Below, one piece after another: positions 1-9,023 of a DNA stretch of 35,086 bases (the first letter of the stretch is position 1; the number at the start of each line of letters is the position of its first letter). This stretch comes from Prasinococcaceae sp. CCMP 1430 (lineage: Eukaryota > Plantae > Prasinodermophyta), in NCBI GenBank assembly GCA_013416795.1, contig RQSC01000022.1, positions 222,720 through 257,805 on the forward strand, in the 5' to 3' direction. Below the pieces are notes generated by a model, which saw only the letters and a program-made list of their open reading frames with translations, was not told the origin of the DNA and searched no databases. A program made the translations under genes and the position numbers.

Positions 1-2
1 CG

Positions 3-65
3 ATGCCGCCGATGCCGCCGATGCCGCCTATGCCGCCGATGCCGCCGATGCCGCCGATGCCGCCG
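3..65 (+). repeat. 9-bp tandem repeat (ATGCCGCCG)x7 encoding (MPP)7
   Basis: Seen directly: seven units, one with the variant ATGCCGCCT. Confidence 0.95.
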
Positions 66-3000
66 ACGGCGCCGCTGCCGCCGGTGGCGAGAGCGACGGC
101 CGAGGCGTGCGGCGCGAAGAAGAAGCGCGCGCTCCTCGCCGCAGGCAGCACCGACATCGCCGACGCAGGCGCGAATGACGGAAATGGTGCCGTGCAGCCG
201 GTCGCATTACCCACGATAGAGCGCCCCGGCAGCGGCGCGTCTTCGCCCCCCCCTGCGCCGCGCCGCGCGAAGCTGCGCGTCGAGGCGGCGGGCGCCGAGC
301 TGAGCGAGCGCGAGCGCGCGCTCCGGCTCGAGCGTCGGACGCGCCAGGAGTGTGACACGCTGCTGCTCGAGGCGTGGCTCGCCGAAGCGCTGAAGGAACC
401 GCCGAGTCACAGTGGCGGCAAAGGCAATGGCGCTTCTAGCTCGCAGACGCTCGCACCACGCGCCGAGGTTGGCGACGGCAGTGACCCGCACACAGGCTCG
501 CGCGCACCCGGAGAGGCGCTCACCCGCCAGGCGCTCAAGCAGGCAGGCCTGTCGCCTGCGGAGATCGAGCGCCTGTACCGCTCGATGTACGTGTACTCGG
601 TGGGCTTCCACGACGTGCTGAGGGACGTGCTCGCGCGTGCCAACAATCCGCTCCATGTCAAAAACGTCGGCGCCAGCGGTCAAACAAAGGCGCCCGCGCC
701 GATCCGCAAGCGCGGTCTGTTGCGGGACGTGTGGAAGGGGTTCCTGCGCATCAGCGAGGACGCCCTGCGCGTGCAGTTCAAGTCCGAATTCTTGGCGACA
801 GTCGACGGTGCCGCGCGCGCCGAGGAGGAGCTGACCGAGCTGCGGCAGCGGCTGCACGAGACGTCGCGCGCTGCCGACGGCGAGCGCGAGGCCGCACAGC
901 GGCTCGCAAACGAGGCGGAGGAGACGCGCGCCATGGTTGCGCACGCCGAGGCCGCTCAGAAGGCCGCGCGCGACGCGCTTGAGCGCGAACGCCACTCGCA
1001 CCAGCACGCCGTCCACAAGTACCTCCGGGCGGCCGAGCACCGCAATGCCCTGCAAGGCGACGTTGTTGCCGCCGTCGCGCGCGCCGAGGACGCCGAGGCT
1101 CGGGCCGAGGCCAAGGCGACGGAGGCGGCGGATCTGTGCGCCCAGGTGACCGCGCTCAAAGTCCAGGCCAACACCGTCAAGTCGGAGCTGGCGAGCTACC
1201 GCGCGCGCGCGACGAGTGCGGAGGCCAAGGTCGGCGCACTCGAGTCGGCCGCGGCGTCGGCGGCAGAGCGTGCTGCGCAGGCCGACCAGCGATGCTCGGA
1301 GGCTCACAAAAAGTGCCGCGATGAGATGAACGCCAAAGTCCTCCTTCAAAGCGACTTGCACTGCAAGAAGGAGATCATCCGCAAACAGGCCGCAGATGTC
1401 GAAGAGGGCGTCGCCGAGCTCGCGCGTTCGCGCGAGGCCCAAGCCGCCGCGTGTGCCGAGCTGCGCGAGCGCACCGCCGAGCGCGATCGTCTCCTCGCGC
1501 ATGAGGCGGACCTCGATTCAGACCTCGCCATCGCACACGCACAGCTCGGCGACGCTCAGGGCGCTCTCGAAGGGACGAGACGCGACCTGGCAGTGCTTGA
1601 AGAAAGCGTCGCCGCGGAGAAATCAGCGCGGTGCAACGCGGAGCGTGCGCTGGCCAGCGCGCGCGAGGACCTCGAGGGCGAGCGTCGAGCGCTCGAGGAG
1701 CGTGGCGAGGCGGTCGCGCGCGACGTTGTCTTGGCCATACCGCAGCTGGCGAGAGCGCTCTCGTGCGAACGCTCGGCGAGACTGGCCGCGAAGCGCCACT
1801 TGTCCGAGTCGCGCGCCAACGAAGCCGCGCTCGGCGTGGAGCTTGCGCTGGTTCAAAGGCGCCTCGACGCCGAGCGAGCGACCCATTCGGAAGCGCAGTC
1901 GAGCCTGGAATGCATCCGCGGCGAGCTCGAGGCGGAGCGCTCCATCGTGACGGATCTGCGCGCGATGCGAGCGAGACTCGAGGCCTCCCAAGCCGACCTG
2001 GCGGACAAGCTCAAGGACTCGCGCGCGCGGGAAGCCACGCTAGAGAAGGCCCTCGCCGAAGGCGGCACCACCATCGTGGGTCTTCAGACGAGCCTGACCG
2101 GCGTTCGCGAGGAGCTTGCCGAGAGCGTCGGCGCACTCGAAGGGAGCCAACGTTCCCATCGCGAGGCGCATGACCGGCTTTGTGAGCTCACCGATGCGCA
2201 CGCGCGCACGTGCGACGACCTGGCTGAAGTCACGGCAGCGCGCGATGCGCTCGCGAAGGACACGGCGGTGCTTGAGGAGGCGATGGCCATGCGCGATGCG
2301 GAGGTGGCGGCTGGCCGCACCGCACTGGAGAGCGCGCGAGCCCAGCTCGCATCACGCACAGCGCGAATCGACGAGCTCGTCAAAGACAAGACCGACCTCG
2401 TCGATGAGCTCGCGGAGGCACGGGGACATCTCAGCGAGATGGGCGAAGAGCGAGCGTCGCTCGACCGCACACGCGTGGAACTCGAAGGCCGCGTGACCGC
2501 GCTGGAGTCCTCGCTGCGCGAGGTGCGCACGGCGCTGTCTGCCAAGGAGGCCGAGCTCGCTGAGGCAGTGGCGCTGGCGAGAGCAGAGGAGGAGATCCTT
2601 GCACGCAAAGCCGACGATCTTTCGAAGCAGGTCGAGGAGAAGGTCGGCGAGCTCACTGCGGAGCAAGACGCTCGGCGACTTGTAGAAGCTCAGCTTACCG
2701 ACGTACGGGACGCACACGGACTTGCGGTGGCCGCTAAAGAAGAGGCGGAATCGATGCTCAAGAAGGCGCACGCGGTGCGCTCGTTCCTGCAGGGCGAGAT
2801 CGGCGCACTGAAGAGCCGCGTCGAGGCGCTCAAGGCGCGCGGCCGCGACGAGACAGAAAAGGCGCGCGCGCAACAGCAGAGGATCGACCTGCTCCGGTCG
2901 AAGCGCGACTCAGAAATGGCGCAGGCGTTGGAGACGAAAGAGGCCGAGAACGATCGCCTCACCGAAGAGCTCAGAGGCGCCCGCGCGGCACACAAGGCCG

Positions 3001-3125
3001 ATACAGATGCGCTCCGCCACGAGCTGGCCATGCGGGAGCGCGAGCTGTGTGACGAGAGGGAGCGCGCCGCCAAGGCATTCACTCCAATGTGCCATAGCGC
3101 CAGCGAGACGCAGGAGGAGATGTAA
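3..3125 (+). CDS. Large intronless coiled-coil protein (about 1040 aa) of unknown function
   Basis: Long ORF rich in E/A/L/R/K with heptad character from about residue 270 to the end. A more globular-looking segment (LYRSMYVYSVGFHDVL...VWKGFLRISE) precedes it. The TAA stop lies inside TGTAA. The true start may lie upstream of the window. Confidence 0.75.
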   Translation: MPPMPPMPPMPPMPPMPPMPPTAPLPPVARATAEACGAKKKRALLAAGSTDIADAGANDGNGAVQPVALPTIERPGSGASSPPPAPRRAKLRVEAAGAELSERERALRLERRTRQECDTLLLEAWLAEALKEPPSHSGGKGNGASSSQTLAPRAEVGDGSDPHTGSRAPGEALTRQALKQAGLSPAEIERLYRSMYVYSVGFHDVLRDVLARANNPLHVKNVGASGQTKAPAPIRKRGLLRDVWKGFLRISEDALRVQFKSEFLATVDGAARAEEELTELRQRLHETSRAADGEREAAQRLANEAEETRAMVAHAEAAQKAARDALERERHSHQHAVHKYLRAAEHRNALQGDVVAAVARAEDAEARAEAKATEAADLCAQVTALKVQANTVKSELASYRARATSAEAKVGALESAAASAAERAAQADQRCSEAHKKCRDEMNAKVLLQSDLHCKKEIIRKQAADVEEGVAELARSREAQAAACAELRERTAERDRLLAHEADLDSDLAIAHAQLGDAQGALEGTRRDLAVLEESVAAEKSARCNAERALASAREDLEGERRALEERGEAVARDVVLAIPQLARALSCERSARLAAKRHLSESRANEAALGVELALVQRRLDAERATHSEAQSSLECIRGELEAERSIVTDLRAMRARLEASQADLADKLKDSRAREATLEKALAEGGTTIVGLQTSLTGVREELAESVGALEGSQRSHREAHDRLCELTDAHARTCDDLAEVTAARDALAKDTAVLEEAMAMRDAEVAAGRTALESARAQLASRTARIDELVKDKTDLVDELAEARGHLSEMGEERASLDRTRVELEGRVTALESSLREVRTALSAKEAELAEAVALARAEEEILARKADDLSKQVEEKVGELTAEQDARRLVEAQLTDVRDAHGLAVAAKEEAESMLKKAHAVRSFLQGEIGALKSRVEALKARGRDETEKARAQQQRIDLLRSKRDSEMAQALETKEAENDRLTEELRGARAAHKADTDALRHELAMRERELCDERERAAKAFTPMCHSASETQEEM

Positions 3126-3364
3126 GGCGGCGTCGCTCACGTTTGTACCTCGCGCCTTCTCGCGTGGCAGCACGCGCGCGCGCGTGCGGCGCGCGGGCGC
3201 TGGCATTCGTCCAATTCATTAGGATTTTGGCGCACACTTGGCGCACAACGCGTGTGCGTGTTGTCCGCCCACACGGATGGATGGGTGCGCGAGCCACGCG
3301 CGTAGGCGCGCGCGCGCTCTGTCCACGCACGAATCGCGTGGCCTTCCCGGGTCGACGCTCCCCG

Positions 3365-3690
3365 TCAGTCGTCGCGCCTGTCCAGCGCCGAGCGCGGCCG
3401 CGCGCGCCCGAGCTGCGCGTGCACCTCGCGCCCGAACACCGCGAGCAGCAGCGCCAGCGTCATCAGCGCCGCGATGGCGAGCATTGCGGCGTCGCTGATG
3501 GGCGGCGGCGCGGGCGGCGCGCGCGAGAGGAGGCCCGCAAGTCGCGGTGCCGCCGCCCCGCCTCCGCCGCCCGCCGCGCCCGCGGGCGCTCCCCCTCCCT
3601 CCCCTCGCTGCCCGCCCGGCTTGCGCTCGTCGCCCCCTCCACGAGCAGCGCGTCCGCGTCCTCGATCGCCGCGTCGCCGTCGTCGTGCAC
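3365..3690 (-). CDS. Putative terminal coding exon with a transmembrane helix; parent gene unresolved
   Basis: A minus frame absent from the ORF track reads ...LLSRAPPAPPPISDAAMLAIAALMTLALLLAVFGREVHAQLGRARPRSALDRRDD*. It is out of frame with the D/A-rich ORF 3463-3981. It could be the end of the HPAT-ShKT gene or of a separate gene. Confidence 0.35.
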
Positions 3691-4359
3691 GACGCCGCCG
3701 TCACCTTCGTCATGCGCGCCGCCGCCGTCACCTCCGACGCCGTCCAGCTCAGAAGCCGCTTCCGCGTTCGCGTTCGCGTTCGCGTCCGCGTCCGCGTCCG
3801 CGTCCACGTCCGCGTCCGCATCGGCGCCGACGTCCGCATCAGCGTCGACATCGGCGCCCACGTCCGTGCCAACGTCCACATGCGCCGCGCTGCCGCCCGC
3901 GCCGACGCCCCCCACCCCCCCGCGGAGGAGCCCCCCGCCGCCGCCGCGCCGCTCCGCGCTCGCACCCCAAACCTCACCCATTTGGGGTTATAGGTACAAG
4001 GGTCCGTAATCCTCATCAACATCAACGCTCGTGCGCGCGCGCGTGCCTCGGGTGCGCCTGCGGGGGCCCGAGCCTCGCACGCGCGCCCCTTCGATGGACC
4101 GTCCCTCACTGCGCGCGCGCACACGGCCTCCACACACACGTCTCGGCCGAGGATGGCAGCGAGTCCCCCGCCTCCGCCTCCCTGTCGAGCGCGTCGAGCG
4201 CGCGGTCCGCCGGCAGCGCGCCACGCACGAGCTCGGCCAGCGCGCGTCCACACACGCACACAATCACAGTCACACACACAGTCACACACACAGTCACACA
4301 GGCACACACACGAAAGAGCACATATGTACGTGCTGTGTGTGCGCGCGCTCTGAGCTGTA

Positions 4360-5534
4360 CGCGCTCGCGCGATTGGGCGAAGGGGCGTTTGGCGGCGCGC
4401 CCCTTCGCGCGCGAAACCGCGGCCCGCGCGCGCCGCCGGCCGCGATCGCGCCGCCGCCGCTCGCGCTCGTGCGCGCACGCCGCGCAGCACGCGCGTCGCA
4501 TGTATTCCGCGTTGCGCTCGCACTCGTCGGCGGCCGCCCAGTCCGCGCACGCGGCCTCGCGGTCCGCGCAGCCCCCGCCGGTGGCGCCGCCGCCGAGCGG
4601 CGGCTCGCCGTCCGCTCCATCCGCGCCGCCCTCGGCGACGCCCTCCACGCTCAGGTCGTCCTCGACGGCCCCGACCCCGTCGGCGGCTCTTTTGCGCTCC
4701 TCGACGCGCACGGCGAAGTCCTCCGCGGCGGCGACCTCGTCTGGCGCGACGGGCCCAACCCAGCACAGGTCGCAAGACCGCGCGCAGTTGACCAGCATGA
4801 ACTTGGCGTTGGCCTCGCACTCGCCGCCCGCGGCCCACTCGCCGCACCCGGCGTGCTCGTCGGCGCACGCCGCTGAGTTGTAGCCGACCGCGCTCCGATG
4901 CGCGCGCAGCGCCTTCGCCTACGCGTGCGCGAGCTCGGAGGAGGAGTGGAGCCGAGGATATCAGGGCGGCGGGCCGAACGTGTGAGCTACGGTGTCAGCT
5001 CGCGCGTGCAGTACGTACACGCGTACGTGCGCACACGTAAATGTCACGTGTGCGCGCGTGCGTGCACGCACGCACGCCTACACACAAACACAAACAAACA
5101 GCACGCATGCACACACACACGCGCACACACTCGCATTGCGTCGCGCCAGGGCGCACCTGCGCGGGCGTGAGCTCAACGGGCTGCGCGGCGCGCAGCATCT
5201 CCGCGGCGTCGACCCCTGGCGCCTCGCCGCACTCGCCCGCGAAGTACTCCGCGAGCGCCGCGTTGAGCGCCGCGGCGGTCTGCGCCTGCAGCACGAGCGC
5301 GCGCAGCGCGAGGCGCTCCGAGCGGGCGTCCATGGCGCCGGTGAGGAGGCTCTCGGGGGGGTGGGGCGGGAAGAGCTCCGCGCGCGAGCAGTCGAGCACG
5401 TCGGCGCCGCTGTACGCGTGCTTGTCCCACACGTAGGACGGGCCGATGAGCAACCTGGACGAGAGAGGGGAGGCGCGCCGGGCGTGAGCAAATGGGCTCG
5501 AACGCACACATACAGGTGCACAAACATGCGCGCG

Positions 5535-5572
<38 letters not shown>

Positions 5573-5946
5573 CAACACACACAGACACACAGACACACAC
5601 AGACACGCACAGACACACACACGCGCGCGTTCACTCGCGCGCACCTTCCGCCGTAGTGCATGATGGCGGGGCTTTTGACGTGGGTGTCGCCCGGGTAGAC
5701 CATGGTGTCGCCGTCCTCCGTCTGCGTGACGTTGGCGAGCGCGGCCCCGAGGATGTAGCCGTACATCTCCGAGATCCACGGCCGCGGGCTCTCCGGCGTG
5801 CGGAAGTCGTCGTTGGCGAGCGCCCACACCGCCTCGCCCGCCGTGCGAACCTTTGGCGCGTGTGCGCGTGCGTGCGCGCGTGCGCGTGCGCGTGAGCTCG
5901 CGAGTTGGATGTGTGCGTGTGCGCGCGCGCGGACGTGCAACCGTGC

Positions 5947-6006
<60 letters not shown>

Positions 6007-6339
6007 ATGTGCATGTTGTACGCGCGTGCGCGCGTGCGTGTGCGCACCTTGTACGTGTTCTCCAGCCACAGCGGCGCGATGCGCGCGAGGTCGCCCACCT
6101 CGACGGCCACCCACCCGCCCACGCGAGCGAGCGGGGCGTACGCGCGGGGGGAGCCCGCGTTCGCGCCCGGCGCTGGCGCGGGCAGGAACCTGTCCACGAG
6201 GCCGTTCTCCGTGCCCACCAGGTACGCGTACGCGCCGCCCACCGCGTGGCCCGCACGCGCGCCCAGCGCCACGGGGTCGAACGCCCGGCGAACCACCATG
6301 TCGGCGTCCATCACCACCACGTACCTGCGCGGGCGCGCA

Positions 6340-6399
<60 letters not shown>

Positions 6400-6766
6400 A
6401 GTGCTCAAATGCATGTAAGGCTGTATGCATGTGCATGTGCACGTGTGCGCGTGTGTGTCAGTGCGTGTGTTCCTCCCCGCGCGCGCGCACCTGAAGCCGC
6501 CGAAGAGCGCCGCCGAGCGCCGAGCGCCCGAAGGCGAGCGCAGGAAGGCCGCCACCGACGCGGGCTTGTTGTACGACGGGTAGTAGTCCTGTGTGCGCGT
6601 GCGTGTGTGCGCGCGCGCACGTGTGCGTGCGTCCGTGCGAGCGTACACGCACACGTGTGAGTGGATGTTTCCCCAGCCTATGAAAGTAGCGGGCGTGTAA
6701 CGCACCCACACGCACGCACACACGCACACGCACACATGCGCACGCACACGCACACACACACGCATG

Positions 6767-6813
<47 letters not shown>

Positions 6814-7365
6814 CTCGCACACACACACGCACCTCTGGGTCGTATCGAGACGCCGGCTCGTGCACGAAGCTGTGCACGAGCGACAGGCGGCCCGACGCGC
6901 TGTACGCCTCCACCCTGTCCGCGGGGCACGCCAGCAGCCTCGTGAGGCCGCCCGCCATGCCCGAAGCCTCGAAGCTGCGGCGCAGCGCGAGGGACTGCCG
7001 GTCGCAAGCGCGCGCGCGCGCGCGTGCGTGCGTACGCGCGTGCGTGTGCGTGTGCGTGTGCGTAGACGTGCGTATATGCGTGTGTGCGCGGGCGTGTGCG
7101 TGTGTGAGCACGTGTGTGTGCGCACGCGCGAGCGCATGTCGCACGTGAGCACGCGCGCGTGCACGTGCGTGCGCGTGCCGGTGTCTGATGTGCGTGCGCG
7201 CTCGTGTGTGCGCGCGCGCGCGCGCGAGTGCGCGCGCGGTGCGCACCTGCCAGTCGAAGTACCCGTTGCACTCGGCGGAGAAGACGGTGTGCACGCCGGT
7301 GTCGCCCTCGCCGGCATACGGCGCCTCGCCCGCCCCTCCCGTGGCGGGCGCGGCCGGGAGGGTGG
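4360..7365 (-). CDS. Hydroxyproline O-arabinosyltransferase (HPAT)-like glycosyltransferase with two C-terminal ShKT domains; multi-exon, both ends unresolved
   Basis: In-frame GT-AG exon chain: about 7365-7247, 6994-6833, 6588-6491, 6324-6048, 5850-5645, 5454-5157, 4918-about 4360. It yields HPAT-family motifs HTVFSAECNGYFDWQS, TRLLAC, DYYPSYNKP, DADM, VGGW, WISEMYGY, IMHYG and WDKH. ShKT-like Cys units lie at 4763-4867 and 4475-4570. Confidence 0.8.
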
Positions 7366-8227
7366 CTGAGGAGGGCGGGTCGCGCAGCGTGCGCGCGTGT
7401 ACGTGCACGCGCGGCGCGCACGCGCGACGGAGAGAGGGCGCGCGCGCAAGATGGAAAGAGAGCGAGCCGCGGGCGAGGCGCACGCGAAGGGAGGCAAAAG
7501 AGGGACCGGGGGAGAGGGCCTTGGGGGCAGGGAGACACCGGAGAAGGAGCAGAGACACAGCACGCGCACCGTCGGCGGTGCTGGTGGTGGTGCGTGCGTG
7601 CGTGTGTGTGTGTGTGTGTGGTGTGTCGGGGCGGCGGCGCCGCCGCGCGCGCGAGCAGCGCGCGCTGTGGCGCGCGCCCTCTTTTTCCCCGCGGGCGATG
7701 ACCTGGCGCGCACTCCCTTCGCTGTTTTTTTTTTTTGGCGAAAGCATCATCGAGTGATCCGCTCGTTGCGTCGCGTTGCGTCGCCAGTCCGCCGCGCGGT
7801 CGACCCTATCGGATCGAAATCGCGGTCTGGACCTCGCGGGGGCGGAGGCTGCGCAGGCCGTCGTTTTTATTGATTTATTTATTTATTTATTTTGTTGCGG
7901 AGAGGTCCTCAGGCGACCTCTGGTGGCTTGCGCTAGGGCGAGCCACAGCACGCGCACGCCCCACTGGGGGAGGTGGCGGCGATGGGCGGGGCGGCGGTCG
8001 GCGAGGCGGATCGGAGCGGAGCCGAGGCCGAGGTCGAGGTCGAAGCCGGGGCCGGCGCGGCAGGCGGCGCGGCGCCCGCCGGCGCAGGTGTGCGCGCGCG
8101 CGTGTGGCCCCGTGTGCGCGCACGCGCGGGCGTGCGGGCGTGCGGGTGCGTCACGTTCGCGCGCGCGTGCGAGTTCGCGAGAAAAAGGAGAGGAAGTGGA
8201 AATTCGGACTTGTTCGGGAGTTTGGGA

Positions 8228-8401
8228 CACCACACACACGTGCCCGAGCACACAGGCACATAGACACGTAGACACACACACACACACACATACACACAGT
8301 GTCACACGCACGCACACGCACACACACAGTGTCACACGCACACACACACACAGTGTGACACGCACACACACACACACAGACACACAGACACACACACACA
8401 C

Positions 8402-8444
<43 letters not shown>

Positions 8445-8560
8445 GTCACACGCACACACATACACACACACACACACACATCCATACGCACATGCGCGTA
8501 CGCACACACACGCACGCACGGACCTCTAAACACACATGCTCGCGCGCGCCAGCACACACG

Positions 8561-8614
<54 letters not shown>

Positions 8615-8615
8615 N

Positions 8616-8680
<65 letters not shown>
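8228..8680. repeat. Compound (CA)n microsatellite with four interspersed CAGTGT(C/G)ACACGCAC motifs
   Basis: Seen directly; contains an N at 8615. Confidence 0.9.
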
Positions 8681-8682
<2 letters not shown>

Positions 8683-8743
8683 CATCGGCGTGCCCTCACG
8701 CGCGCGCGCGCGCCCGCCCGCGCGCTGCCACCCGCGGCGTCTC

Positions 8744-8964
8744 TTAGCGCGCGCGCCCGCGGCGCGCGCCGCGCATGCGCCTGCGCGAGAGGAAGGGGAC
8801 GGGCACGCGGCCGGTGAGGCACACCACCACGCAGCACACGCTCGACAGCACGCCCGCCACGATCGCCACGAAGACGCCAACCAGCACCTGGGGGGGGCAG
8901 TGAGATGCGGGGGAGTGTGTGTGTGCAAGGGTGCGTGCGCGCGCGCGCGTGTGTGTGCGTGTGT

Positions 8965-9023
<59 letters not shown>

